Assembly: GCF_009914755.1 (NCBI RefSeq)
Contig: NC_060932.1
From: the human T2T-CHM13v2.0 reference genome, Homo sapiens
DNA length: 64,000 bases
Reading direction: 5' to 3' (one strand)
Shown in pieces: positions 38,055 through 54,587 of the stretch. Every line of letters starts with the position of its first letter. Position 1 is the stretch's first letter. The notes beneath the pieces were generated by a model that made no database searches, was not told the origin of the DNA, and was given only the letters and a program-made list of their open reading frames with translations. A program made the position numbers and the translations under genes.

Positions 38055-40657
38055 TGACCTCAAGTGATCCCCCTACCTCGCCCACCCAAAGTGCTGGGAT
38101 TACAGGTGTGAGCCACCGTGCCCGGCCTGAAGTGGATCTTGAAGAACTTGGGTGGGCAGAGGTAGCTGTTCAGGTAGATTAGGGGTAGATGTTGGCAGAG
38201 CCATGAATTCCAGGCTTAGTTCATTGGACTATCACTTTTTAATCAGAAGTGATAAAACCATAATGTGAATGGAGAGAAAATGGCAGTGGGAATACCCATT
38301 AGGAGACTATTATATAAGGCAGGTGAGAGATACAGAAGACCTGAAGTTAGGGTTGTGACTCTGGGTATGGGAAAGCGGCTGTATCTCCATGTTTGGGAGA
38401 GATTTGGGGTTCTAGTAGGCAGAATCTCTATGACATCTTTACTGGATAAATCTAAGAGTAGGTTTAAGGAGGAATGGGAAAAGAGGAAGTAGATAAGACT
38501 TCAGGATTTTCAGCCAGGGCATGGGAATGACCAGATGCCTTAAATTTCACATATCAGGTACCACTTTAAATATTAGGTCTTAATTCTCAGCTCCTTATGT
38601 TTATCTCTGTTATAATATTGATTCAGAACGTTAGGGTGACTGGGAGAATTATTGATATATTTGGTGTTTCTAGGGATTATTTGCATTTCAGAAGACGTGT
38701 TTGGATCAAATTTTGTCCAACAAGTAATAATCTGTACAGTAGGGAAGCTGTTGTCTAATCCTAGGGATTATTTGTGTTTTCTATCCTGCTCTTTAAGGAG
38801 TAAAATACTACATAGAATTCTTCTTTAGTTGCTCATGCATTCTTTGCCAGGTGACTTATCCCAGCCAAATCTTTCATACTAAAAGAGTATAAAACGTTTG
38901 TTTTATTTTTCCTCATCATAATTTTTTTTTTTTTTTTTTTTTTGCGACAGGGTCTTGCTCTGTCACCCAGGCTGCAGTGCATAACTTACTGTGGCCTCGA
39001 ACTCCTGAACTTGAGTGAGCCTCCTGCCTTAGCCTACTGAGTAGCTGGGACTACAGGTGCATGCCACCTTGGCTGGCTAATTTTTTCATTTTTCTTTCTT
39101 TCTTTCTTTCTTTCTTTCTTTTTTAGACGGAGTCTTGCTCTGTCGCCCAGGTTGGAATGCAATGGCGTGATCTCACTGACCGAAACCTCCGCCTCTGAGG
39201 TTCAAGTGATTCTCCTGCCTCAGCCTCCTGAGTAGCTGGGATTACAGGCATGTACCACCATGCCTGGCTAATTTTTGTGTTTTTAGTAGAGACAGGGTTT
39301 CACCAGGTTGGCCAGGCTGGTCTCAAACTCCTGACCTGGGATAATCCACCTGCCTCGGCCTCCCGAAATGCTGGGATTACAGGTGTGAGCCACTGCGCCC
39401 AGCCTAAAATTTTTTGTTTTTGTAGAGATGAGGTCTCTGTTGCTCAGGCTGGTCTTGAACTCCTGGGCTCAAGCAATCCTACTGCCTCAGCCTCCCAAAG
39501 TGCTGGGATTACAAGTATGAGCCAATATGCCCAGCTCCCATTATGATTTGTGGATAAAGTATACTATTGCTCTCTTAAAAAATTGTATATCATGTACTGG
39601 ATAATTACATTAAAAGGAAATGAAAACAGTATCTTCATGAATATTACCATTAACAAGATTCCAGACCCTAGTGTTTATGTAATTTCTTCCATTTGCCATT
39701 CAGCCATAATGGGTTTCAGGATAACATTGAGACCAGCACAGAGTCATTTTTCAGAGAGGAATGCTGCTAATAGAAGAAATTTGTTTCCTGGCAGCAATGC
39801 AGTAGTATAACTGTCAGCAATTGGTTAAATAATCAGCTGTGCCTGGCATGTTGTTTTTGTAGCTTTTGTATAAGCATTTTTAGGGAAAAAAATAATGCTC
39901 TTCTGATATGTGGTGTCTCTTTGCTGTGAGACTGACTTCACATGTAGATGTCTTCATTCTCTGTTGAATTCTTCCCATCCTTGGAAATTTGAAGACTTTT
40001 CTGCTGGCTGGTAGAGAATCCTCTACATGTTTTTTTGGGGGAAGCTTTAGCTATTGTTGCTCATTCTATGTTCATCCACAGGGCACTGCATTATGCTTGA
40101 TATTGCTGACATACAACTTACAAGACTCTAAACTACCTTATGCAAAAAAAAATCATACAACTCACATTTATTTTACAGATTCTGTATTAGATGCAAAAAA
40201 ACAGTATGCCTGGCACGTGCCAGATTTACAAATTTACTTGCATTATCTCCATTTTTACTGATGAGGAAATCTAGGCCCAGGAAGTTGAAGTTACTTATAC
40301 GTGGTCACACAGCAAGTGCCAGATGGAGGGTTCAACCGGGCGGTGGCGGGCACCTGAAATCCCAGCTACTTGGGAGGCTGAGGCAGAGAATTGCTTGAAC
40401 CTGGGAGGCGGAGGCTACAGTGAGCTGAGATCGCGCCACTGCAGTACAGCCTGGACGACAGAGCAAGACTCCGTCTCAAAAAAAAAAAAATTGGGTGTGT
40501 GCATTACCCCAAATTTGATCTTGTTCCTGTAATGCAGTAATCTGTTACTATTAGTGCAATAGGAATTCAAAGGAACACCTTAGTATGGATTGGAATAATC
40601 AGGATAATCATGGAATGGAATAATAAAAAAATATGAAACATGGGATAGATAAGATAG

Positions 40658-40936
<279 letters not shown>

Positions 40937-41794
40937 TAGTAGAGACGAGGTTTCACCATGTTGACCAGGCCGGTCTTGAACTCCTGACCTCAAGTGATCC
41001 ACCTGCCTTGGCCTCCCAAAGTGCTGGGAGTACAGGTGTGAGCTGCCGTGCCCGGCCAGCTTTGTTTTTAAACGGGTTTTCTAGCTACTTCTAAGACTAT
41101 GCAACCTACTTCATTTTTCTTAGTCTCTATTTATTTAGGAATCTTAGTATTGATTTTTGACATATGTTGAGGACTGCTACTGTTTTTAGAGAGTTCAATA
41201 GAATTATCAAAATTTTTAAATAAGATGTTAGTTGTTTTTTGACATTACAAAGGGCTCTTCTAATGATAATCTTTGTTACTTCAGATTTGCTTAGGCATTT
41301 TATACAGCACAGGAATCTTACTGCCATATTTAAATATAACAAGATAATGAGTGGATTTGTTTCTGTGGTCCTAGAACTTCAGCTAAATCTCAAAGTGGAG
41401 GGCAAAGGGCATTAAATACTATCCCATTGCAAGGATGTTTGCCAGCAGCTCTAGGGTAGTAGGTACCTTCCCTCCTGCAGAACCTGCCCTAGCACCATCA
41501 ACCTCCACTGGCTAAGTGGACATCCAGATGGGAAATGCAATGCCTAGTTCCTTTTCATGGTGACACCTGCAGCCCCTTTCATTCCCTGGGTTCATGGATG
41601 AAGGCAGCTCACCAGCAATACTACATTCCTTCTCAAGTCCAGCCCCTATCATATGCTCCATCCCATCCCCAGTCCTTTTCATATATTGATTGGAGACTGG
41701 GGAAGGAGGGGTCTATGGAAGTTAAGCTAACTCTGATATTTCTTAGCAAGTCATAAGGGAAGATGGGCCACACCTTCTCTCTGTAGAATAGTAG

Positions 41795-41952
41795 GCTTGT
41801 CAACCTTGTCTACACATTAGAATCATCCAAGGAACTGATGTCAGGGTTGTACCCTAAACCAGTTAAAATCTCTTTAAGTGGAACTCCTGCATCAGTAGCT
41901 TTGAAAGCTCCTCCAGATGATTCCAGGAAGCAGCCAATATTGAGAACCACTG
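41795..41952. mobile_element. MER5A-like hAT element
   Basis: CACATTAGAATCA...AAAGCTCCTCCAGATGATTC...TTGAGAACCACTG. Confidence 0.7.
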
Positions 41953-42160
41953 CTGCAAAATATTGGGAGCTGGGGGTAGAGTGGAGGGAAAGGGGGCTTT
42001 GGGGGCTTTTGGTTTTAGTCAAAAAATCTTGAAAACAGAAAATATCCCACTCAGTGTCTTGTTAAATAAACAAATAAAAATAAAACTTAATCTGTTTTGT
42101 AGTATAATGCTATGCATACCTTTAAGTGAAGGGTCAAGATAATACTTGGAGTTTTTCTGA

Positions 42161-42376
<216 letters not shown>

Positions 42377-42727
42377 TAGTAGAGACGAGGTCTTGCTGTC
42401 TTGCCCATGATGGTCTCAAATTCCTAAGCTCAAGCCATCCTTCTGCCTCAGCCTCCCAAAGTGCTGGGATTACAGGCATGAGTCACTGAGCCTGGCCAAG
42501 AAGATTAGTATGTCTTATTAGCCATCTTAAAAGCTGTATTTTACTGTCATTCAGTAAATGAATTTTATCCTAGCAAGAGAATCTGATGCAGGCAGTATCA
42601 TTGGAATGAGCTAATAGACACCCACATCCTGAGGAGGTGCATATAACAGTCTGATTCTGGCAAGTTCACTCTATAAGCCTATTGTGACAATTGGTCTTAA
42701 GAAGTCACCTGTTTTTGTTAGGAATGA

Positions 42728-42952
<225 letters not shown>

Positions 42953-43192
42953 TAATCTGAATTACCCTTTTAACAATGTGAAGAGTTTTTTTAATGTTAA
43001 AAATAACAACACTATCTCATCTGTTAATGGAGTTTTTTGTGAAAGTTTGTCCTTGATTGTAGAATTTTTCATACACATATAGAAACTTCCTTTAGTTGTC
43101 ATGCCTATGTTTATGTTTAGTATATAAAGATGTGAAAATCCAAGTGCACCTTTGATCTGAAGAAACTTTTTTGTTTTTGCGGATGGGTGTAG

Positions 43193-43372
43193 GTTGAGCG
43201 CACAGAAAGGATTAAGAATTGCTTGAATCCCCAATTTTCCAAGACATTTATTATTGATTACTACTTTGAAGTGGTTCAGAAATTGAAATTTGGGGTTTAT
43301 GACATCGACAACAAAACTATTGAGCTGAGTGATGATGACTTCTTAGGGGAATGTGAATGTACCCTTGGACAA
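43193..43372 (+). CDS. CPNE3: CPNE3 exon, C2A (VERTERIKN...CTLGQ)
   Basis: TAG| acceptor, CAA|GTAAGT donor; 180 nt, phase 0-0; YDID and DDDFLG calcium-loop motifs. Confidence 0.96.
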
Positions 43373-44414
43373 GTAAGTATAAATAGCCACTGTACTCTAT
43401 TTTGTCTAAATTTTAATCAATGAATTTGGTGGTGTTTTTGGTAAGCAGCATTTAATTTTTAAAGTTGAAAAACATGTAATCACTTTAAAGACAGTTTATA
43501 TATTAATATGATTGGCTTGAACATTATAGAATTCATCTTATATTTTGTATGGGCAGGAACTATGTATTTATGAAAAAGCCTGTTAATTCTTTTGAGTAAG
43601 GGATGCTTCATGAGGCATTTTATTAAGTAATACCTCCGCTTTAGCTGCTGCAGAGTTCTCTACGGTTTTGTTATGTTCAAGCCATAAATGCATTCAAGAT
43701 AACAGCAACTTCTCTGATCTTCTAACTAGTGAGACTGGCACCTGCTGACTCGCAATGCCCCAATACCATCCCCTTTACCTGGCTTGCTCTTACTCAACCT
43801 TATTCCCCCTGATAAACCTTCTCTGACCCTCTAGATTAGTTTGGAATCCTTTCCTGAGCTCACTTGGTACTTACTATCTGGTACTTCTCACCATACTTTT
43901 TAATAGTTGCTTAATTATCTGTCTTCCCAGTATATGATAAGTTTGGTCAGGGTAGGGACGTGTCTCATGGCTCCCCATTTTGCTCCTAGGTTAATCTGAT
44001 TCATAAGGAGAGATTATGACCATTTGCATAGACTGAAGAAAGTTTTAGGAGGGAGGAGTAATTTTTTTTTCAATATGTGACATTTGTCACTCACATATGT
44101 CTTTTACAAGTTTATTTTTCAAGGTTGAATTGTTTGGAGATTATGGTATTTTCTGTATCTCAAAAGCAATATGAAACTGATCAGTTTTCTGAAACTTTGA
44201 TAAATAATATCAAAGAAAAAATTGAGGAAGTATTTCTTTTTTTGGGGAAAAAAATCCCAGTGTAGCTAAAATTCCTATGAATTTGATATATCTTTCAAAC
44301 AGATATATCAGATGTATATCTGTTTGAAAGAACCTAGGTATACTATATTCCTTAAAGCAATATGACATTTTTGGGGAGTTAAATATTGAAGTTGTGTCTC
44401 AGTAGAAAAATTGA

Positions 44415-44717
<303 letters not shown>

Positions 44718-44955
44718 TGAATCTTATTTATTGAGTGTTCTGAAGCCCATCTTTTACCTAGAAGGTTTCAGCTAAGTGATTTGTTTATGCGATGAGAATC
44801 CAGTCCTCTTTTTCCATTACAAGGAACAATTTAAACTTTCACATACATAGGAAGTTAAGAAACTAGTGGGTAGGTAGATTGTATCTGCCAGGGTAGGCTC
44901 CTTAGAAGTTTTTTCCAATGAGTTTTAAATATTTAGATTTTTTTTTTTTTTTTGA

Positions 44956-45237
<282 letters not shown>

Positions 45238-45399
45238 TAAATATGTAGATGATCTAAATCTTTAAGAAACCAACTGAATGTTTCTATTTCTAATGACTTT
45301 AAGTGAACCTTATACTCAGTCTTTTTTGCTGAAACTATTTCATTTAAAAATTCTTAGGTTGAAGGGAAATGACTCTGTATCACTTTCTAATTCTAACAG

Positions 45400-45474
45400 A
45401 TTGTTTCCAGCAAGAAGCTAACTCGACCACTGGTGATGAAAACTGGCAGACCTGCAGGAAAAGGGAGCATTACG
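45400..45474 (+). CDS. CPNE3: CPNE3 exon ([25 protein letters not shown])
   Basis: CTAACAG| acceptor, ACG|GTAAAA donor; 75 nt, phase 0-0. Confidence 0.95.
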
Positions 45475-46753
45475 GTAAAAATAAGATATTTGTCTTTTGT
45501 CTCAAAAGATTTAGCATAACAGGACATGCCGAAACTGTCCATATCAGAGAAATATTCTACAGCCATGCTTTGTCACTCAATCTTGAATGTTGCATTCCAT
45601 CCACCCATGTCTTGTAGTTATCACAAATGGAAAATGTATTGTGCAAACCAGGGGAAACATGCAGTGTAGTAATCCCTTCTTTCAGTTTTTCTAAGTTGCC
45701 CGTAGAGGTCAAGTGCACCTTTAGCGATACCTGCCCCTTCTCTGTGGAAGTGTCTATTCTTACGTGAGAGAGAAACTGCTTAATAATCTGTATCAGTTTG
45801 GTTCTCTACTGGAGGAACATAGTCCTCTCAACATGACAGAAATTTTCCCTAGTGGATTTTATTCCAGAAGGATGTTATATTATGACATGGTCAATGAACC
45901 TATAAACTCTTTACCATCATTTTTTGTGCTTGCTATCTGCTGCCCATCCTTCCACCTGGGCTTTTCATTGCTGATTACTGGCTTTAAGCAAATGAATATA
46001 TGCTTTATTGTATTTCACATTTCCCATTATATAATGCCAAGCCTGTAAACCTTATCTTCTAGAGTGTCTGTACAGATAACTGCTGCCTGGAGTGATAGTA
46101 TTTTAACTTTAGCTCCCTCTGAGAATGTAAGGCTAGTTCCCTGAGAGAGCTATGTTTCAAGGTTATCATGATTATCAAATACATTTCTCTAAGCAGCTGT
46201 TTTGCTATAGTTTAAATCTCCAAAGGCATAAGAATGTTCAGGGTGTTGATTTTTGTGGGAAAGAGAACATTATCAGTAGTTAGCTTCCTTGTTGTAGGGC
46301 ATGATAGACTGATACTTATTTTTAAGAAGAATGAGTTTTTCAGTTACACTGGATGAAAAACATTGATCTGATAATATCAATGTATAGAGTATTCTAGGTA
46401 TGATTTATTCATGCTTCTCAGTGTTTAGGGAACTTCAGTATTGTGTAGAGGGTATTCTCAGTCTTCTGGGGTTTTGACATTTCTCTTGAATAGGGAAGAT
46501 CCAATTTGGGCAACCACATTTCAAAAGACATTGCTTAATGCAGACCTGGGCATATTTTGGGAAAATCTTTATTTCACACACATAAAAGAAATAATGGTAG
46601 ATCTTTTTTAATGATGCCATTTTCTTATGAAACATTTTAGAATTCATTTATATTAGTGTAGGCTTTATATTAGATAACAGAATAAATCAGTGCTTAAGTG
46701 TCTATCAGAATTCCTAAAACATATTTTCTTTCACTTACCTGATCTACTCATAG

Positions 46754-46825
46754 ATTTCAGCTGAAGAAATAAAAGATAATAGAGTGGTCTTGTTTGAAAT
46801 GGAAGCCAGAAAACTGGATAATAAG
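46754..46825 (+). CDS. CPNE3: CPNE3 exon ([24 protein letters not shown])
   Basis: CATAG| acceptor, AAG|GTGGGT donor; 72 nt, phase 0-0. Confidence 0.95.
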
Positions 46826-47260
46826 GTGGGTAGACTATGCAGATTTCAAAAAGGTTGTCATGTTTTGCCTCTTTTTTAAGAAAATAAAAATGCAGTTAAT
46901 ATCATGAACTCCATCATTGAGCATCACATAGGGTACTAGTTACTTTCAAATTTTGCATGTGTGTGTGTGTGTTGTATGTTTAAGCAGAACCCATTTCTCT
47001 TCACCTCTTTCATCTAGATGTAATCAAAGGATTTGTTTAGGTTAAGAGAGGAGTTGAATAGAAGCATTAATGTTACTGTAAAAGGCATGAAAGAATACAG
47101 TTGAATTATCTTTAGGAAAAAAGTGAAAACTCTGTGCTTTATTAATTATAGGTCAATTATCCTCTTTGCATTCAAAGGTCAATTTTTTTTTATGAAGGAT
47201 GAGTGCCAATACATAATAACACAACAATTTAGTATATAGCATGGATTATAATAATTCTTT

Positions 47261-47268
47261 TATCTATC

Positions 47269-47314
<46 letters not shown>
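47261..47314. repeat. (TATC)n tetranucleotide STR
   Basis: About 11 perfect TATC units after a short interrupted run; tail of an antisense Alu monomer. Confidence 0.95.
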
Positions 47315-47316
<2 letters not shown>

Positions 47317-48608
47317 TTTAGAGACAGAGTCTCACTATGTTGCCTAGGCTGGTCTGGAACTCCTGGGCTCAAGCAATCCTCCCATCTCATACTCCCAAAG
47401 TGTTGGGATTGCAGGTGTGAGCCCCTGAGCCCAGCTTTTTGTACTTAATTCTATAATCTAGTCAATATTCTTCATTGTTTGCAATTCAGTTTGAAAACAT
47501 TTTAGGGCTAGGCATGGTGGCTCATGCCTGTAATCCCAGCACTTTGGGAGGCCGAGGTGGGGAGATCACTTGAGCTCAGAAGTTTGAGACCAGCCTGGGC
47601 AACATGGCGAAACCCCATCTCTACAAAAAATACAAAAATTAGCTGGGTGTGGTGGCATGTGCCTGTAATCCCATGTGAGGTGGGAGGATTGCTTGAGCCC
47701 AGGAGGTCAAAACTACAGTGAGCAGTGATCATGCATTCTCACCTGTGTAATGGAACAAGACTCTGTCTCAAGTAAAAACAAAAACAACAACAAAAAAACA
47801 CTTAAAGAAAACATTTTAGACTATAGGCTGGGGACTTTTTTTTTTTAATTGTGGAAAAATTTAAATATATACAAAACTAGAAGACTCTTTTTAAAAAATT
47901 TCATGTTCTCATCACCCATTTTCCACAATTATAACTCATGGCCAATTTCATTTAATCTCTACCCTTATCTACTTTCTCTCCTCCCAGACTTCATATCATT
48001 TCATCCATCAATATGTTGATGTATCTCTGAAGACACTTTAAAAAATATAATTGTTTAAAGTGTGTCTTACGTCCTTTTAAATCTGTAAATTTCTTCCTTT
48101 CTTTTATTTCTTTCTTCTTTTCCTCCCTCCCTTCCTTCCTTTGTATCTATTCTTCCATCCATTGTGGAATTTATTCAATGGAGAAAACTGATTTCTTTAT
48201 CCTACACAAGTTTCCACGTTCAAGTTGGGCACAGGTGATGCACACCTGTAGTCCCAGCTACTCAGGAGACTGAGGCAGGAAGATGGCTTGATCCCAGGAG
48301 TTCAAGGCTGTAGTGCATTATAATTACAAGACTCCATCTTTTTTTTTTTTCAAAAAAGAATTTTCCATATTCTGCATATGGCTAATTAAATCCTGTGGTG
48401 TCATTTAACATGTTTCTCTCTCTACTTTTATTTTCTGATTTCTGTAACCTGGCAATTGAATCTAGAAGTATGATCTGCTGGCATTTTTAATTGTTGGCAA
48501 GACAGTTTCATCAATGGTGGCATGTAATTCCATCAGGAGGCTCACACTGACTTGTGTGTTTTCGGGATGTTTGTGATCATTGATGATAACTACCTGGTTT
48601 TATTATTA

Positions 48609-48944
<336 letters not shown>

Positions 48945-51807
48945 CTATCATTGCTTTTGTTTCTTAGCAAGAATCTTTCTATAGAGAGAAACTTCCCCAC
49001 ATTAAGTATTTATTTACTTTGTGGTATAGTTTATATAGGAAAAGCAAGTTAAAATGTTTGACTTTTCCCCCATATTTACCATTTTTCAAAATTATAAGTT
49101 GGTTCCCTAGCATCCACTAAATGTGACCAGTGAAGTTTTTATGTTTGTGTGTTTTGTTCTGTTTTAGAATTGCTGTAAAGTAAGAGATTTAAATATTTAT
49201 AACTGTAATGGATTACTTCTCATAGATACTTAAGTTATTCCAATTTTGGCCTGAGGGAATTCCTTTAAGCTTGTTTGTGAGACCATTTAACACAACTCCA
49301 GGAGTCTTTGGATAATTTCTTGCTCTGTGGGATGACAAGAGCTTCAAAGAACTTCTTTTTGAAGTTCTTTTTGTCTTTAATAAGCCATGTCCCAAGCTTA
49401 TTTTATCTAGTTTCTGCCTTAGACTGGCAGATTAAAAGGAACCTTACTTTATTTTGGTGGAATTGGTATTTAGAGACCACAGTCCACTGCTAGGGGTACT
49501 CACTGTTGTGGGTTATTGTCATTCATGGTTTCTAGGGCTTTTCAGTGGACAGATACAGAAAAGACTTTTTTTTTTTTTTAAGAAAAACTAAATCATGAAA
49601 TTACACAACTATTTCCAATTCAAATATAGAATTACTGGCCGGCCATGATGGCTCACGCCTGTAATCCCAGCACTCTGGGAGGTGGGTGGAACACTTGAGG
49701 TCAGGAGTTCAAGACCAGCCTGGCCAACATGGTGAAACCCTGTGTCTAGTAAAAATACAAAAATTAGCCGGTCATGGTAGCATGCACCTGTAGTCCCAAC
49801 TACTCAAGAGGATGAGGCATGAGAATTGCTTGAACCCAGGAGGGGGAGGTTACAGTGAGCCGGGATCGTACCACTACACTCCAGCCTGGGTGACGTCTCC
49901 AAAACAACAGAGATAATTAAAAAAAATATAGAATTACAGGCACTTATTTTATATTCATACCTCATTTCTCTTGGTTTTTAAATATATTAACACAATTGCT
50001 TATCTGTTTTGTCTCACACAACGTTAATAGTTTTAGAATAAAAATATCAATATTATTAACAGTATTTTTACTGAAAAGTTTGAGCTTTCTTTGAAGTTCT
50101 TTTTGTCTTTAAGGTGTGTATATTCCACTTTTGTTACATAGTCACATTCTTATGATTTAAAGAAATAATTCCTTTGTGTGGTTATGCTGTCACAGACCTA
50201 CTTTCATTTTGCTTTTGATATTTAGGGATTGCTTTTTTAAAAAACCATTTTGATTTAATTTTGTTTTATAATCACGTAAAAAATTTACATGGCTCTAAAA
50301 TCTACAAAACAAGGTACTTAAGAAATTTAACATCTCTCCTGGTCTACCTTGCTTCCGCTTTCCTCCATGTAGATAATAATTTTTAAAAAGTTGTGTTTTA
50401 TAATTTAATCATTCTGTTTCCTAAATATCTAAGGGTTTTTCTGTGTGTATGTATACTCATGTGTGTGTATGTGTTCATATGTATGTGTGTATGTATGTAT
50501 TTGTATTTATGTTCCCCACCCCCAGCCCTTGCATAAACATAGCATACTAGATGTACACTTTCCTCCACTTTGCTTCTTTTACTTAACATATCCTGGAGAT
50601 CAGAGCCAGGGAGTTTAATTATTGTTTTAGTTCTAATACTAGCAACTTAACCTTCAAACAAGTATTGGTTTTTAGCCTTCAAAATAATAACAAGGATATT
50701 CTGCTTTTATTTCATTCACTTAAGATTCTTCTTAGAGATAAGGTTAAACACAGTCTTTGTGTTTATATTTTTGACTGTACCAAATATCTTATTTGCTTGA
50801 CATTAAACTATGTGTTCAAGAGAGAAATAATTTTATTTTAGTTCTTAATTTAATACTGAAGTTAATTCAGGACTAAAGAAATCTTCAGCTCAGGGATGTA
50901 TCTGCATATATTCCTGTGGGATTAACAAATGTCCTTTCATTTTCAAAAATAACAAGTCATAAATGTTAACGAGTATGCACATTTCAAAATGAAGATACAT
51001 GAAAACGAGAAAAAATCATCCATAGTCTTACCACCTGAGTTTAACCTCTGTGAGTGATTCGTACATTTTTCCTGAATTTTATCTCTCTGTATGTGTGTGG
51101 TTATGTGTGTATTGAGGATGGTGATAACGGTATTTTTGAGCATTTAGTGTGCTTGAGCATTGTATAGGAGTTCTGTGGTGAATTACAGGAGAAATAGAAG
51201 ATGTAGTTTGTGCCCTTGAAGTGTTTCTATTATGTGTTCCACATATCTACCTCTGGTCATTTGTGTATGTAAAGAAATGTGTGGTTTTGATGAAGGAGTT
51301 TTGGACATAGAAGGCTGAGATATGAAGTTAAAGCCTGGATCCATTAATTAATTAGATATGTGATCTTGGGAAAATCATTTACCCCTCTGAATCCATTTTC
51401 TCACTGATAACTGCCCTGTCTCCATAGAGTTGGTATGGCTAATGTTTGTGATATCATTTATATAAAACTACTCAGTGATATGTGAATGAAAATGGTTAAA
51501 GGTGAAAACAAGGCAAAAACATATTTTATGGTATATTTGACCACTGTATTTTAAAACTGTCATGTTTTTGAGAAGTCAGGGTATGATATACAGGATTATG
51601 AGCATTTATCACAAGCACTTTGATAATTCTCCCTAGTAGACTTCCGTAAGTTTCTAAGTTAGGGAGAAAGGTGATGGGATGTATATTTACTATCAATACT
51701 ATAGAGTTAGACTTCAGGTGGTTGCCAACATGTGTAAAGTATGGTCACACATGGTTTCATGGGTTCAGAGGAGAACAAATGCTTTTTGTTGTTTGTTTTA
51801 AATGTAG

Positions 51808-51900
<93 letters not shown>

Positions 51901-52187
51901 TGAATTTGAAAAGCAGAGTGGAGGTGTTCTTTGAAATTATTGTAATCTGAATTTTAAAAAGCTTATATTTATAAAAGTATCAATCTGAGTTCATACTTAC
52001 ATATAGCCAGAGACACAAGATCACCATGTTCATATTTTTTTCTTTCAATGAGGAGGTGCTACCGTACTTTATGATTTTTATTTTGAAAAATTTTAAGTCC
52101 TATAAAGAACACTAAATGTATTCCTCTGCACCCCTCACCTAGATTCACCAAATGAACACACACTCCCACATACTTGTGCTCTCTGTC

Positions 52188-52655
<468 letters not shown>

Positions 52656-54491
52656 TTAAAGAACAGGGACATTCTATACAATAATACTTGAGAAATTAAC
52701 ATTTGACATAGCTAAATGTAACATTATTTGGTATACCATTAATCTTCAGATTTCCTCAGTTGTCCCACAGGTTTTGTGTGTATTTTGTTTTGCTTTGTTT
52801 TGTTCAGAATCCAGTCAAGGCTCAAATTTTGGATTTGACTATTATATTCCCAATAGAGGACTCTTCTCCCTACCTTCCTTATACCTTGATGCCATTGAAT
52901 CTCTTGAAAATCAAGACCAGAATGTCCAACATTCTGGATTCTTCTGTTTCCTCACAACTAGATCCAGATCAAACATTTCTGTCAAAAACACTATGTGTGT
53001 TCCTTTTCTTTACATTTTCAGGAGGCTCATGGTGCCAGGCTGCCCAGCATTGATGATGTCATGCTTGGCTACTTGGTTAAGCTGGTGACCGCCAGATCTC
53101 ACCATGATAAGGTCTCATTTTTCCCCTTTTTAATTAATAAGTGCTATGTGGTGTGAAACTATGAGACTGCATGAATTACATGTTCTCTAGCACTTCAACC
53201 AGTGGTTTTAGCATCCATTGGTGATCCTTGCCTAATCAATTATTGTATTATGGGTAGTAAAATAGTGATTTTTCAAAATCTTTCATCCTTTTTAGTTATA
53301 TTAGCAGGCATTCCTCTTTCATCTCTCTCTTTCTCTGCTTTTATTTTTAGTATCATTATAAATTCATGGATTGTTATAACAGTGTATGCTTTGTATTTAA
53401 CTCATTATTGTATTTTTGCTGCTCAGATTCATCCATGTTTGACTAGAGAGAGCTCGTAGTCTCTAAAATGGCTCTTGGTTTTTCTTTTTGACTTCATTCA
53501 TCTTTGAGCAGTCTCTTAAGTTAGAGTATGTTCTCAGTTCCCCTTGTACTTTTTCTGTCCCAGAGCTGGTATGAGCCATGTCTCTTAATAAGCCCTATTC
53601 CTGCAAGAGGGTAGTAGTATTTAGACACTGACATCTGAGTGCTGAATGTGCTCATTGCTACTGGATATCATTGTTTTATGCCTTTTAAGTGGACACAGCT
53701 AAGAAATATGTATATTTGTGTTTATCTGTTTATTATGTATGTATATATGGTATTAAAATTTTAAATTATAAATGTGGACTTATTTCTCCAATTCAATTCC
53801 AACATAGTTTCTTATTCTATATTTACCTTTTCTTATTTCATATTTGAATCTTCTGTGCCCTGCAATGAAACCCTCATTGCTATTAAAATCAATAATCCTC
53901 CGCAGTTTTTTTTTTTTTTTTTTTTTTGAGACGTTGTCTTGCTCTGTCACCCAGGCTGGAATGCAGTGGCACGATCTCCACTCACGGCAACCTCCACCTC
54001 CCAGGTTCCAGCAGTTCTCCTGCCTCAGCCTCCTGAGTAGCTAGGATTATAGGCATGCACCACCACACCCAGCTAATTTTTGTATTTTTTTAGTAGAGAC
54101 AGGTTTTCACCATGTTGGCCAGGCTGGTCTCAAACTCCTGACCTCAGATGATCTGCCCGTCTCGGCCTCCCAAAGTGTGGGGATTACAGGTGTGAGCCAC
54201 CGCGCCCAGCCATCCTCTGTAGTTCCTAAGTGCTCCTTGTAATAGGTAGATATATTTTCCAAATAGTTTTCTACTTTTCCTCAGAATGTATCACAACTGG
54301 ACAATTTATTACATTTTTCATGTAGCAGTTGTATAATATTGTTCTAGGTAGTTTTTTTGTGGAAATAGTTGAGTTGATGAAGAGGTGGAGGACGAATGGT
54401 GAGAGTATAGCAAGAACCTAGGAAGGGCAGGAGCAAAATGTTAATGAACTGGAAGTTTTTCTAACAGCTTTTTGAAACCACATTTTTATAG

Positions 54492-54587
<96 letters not shown>

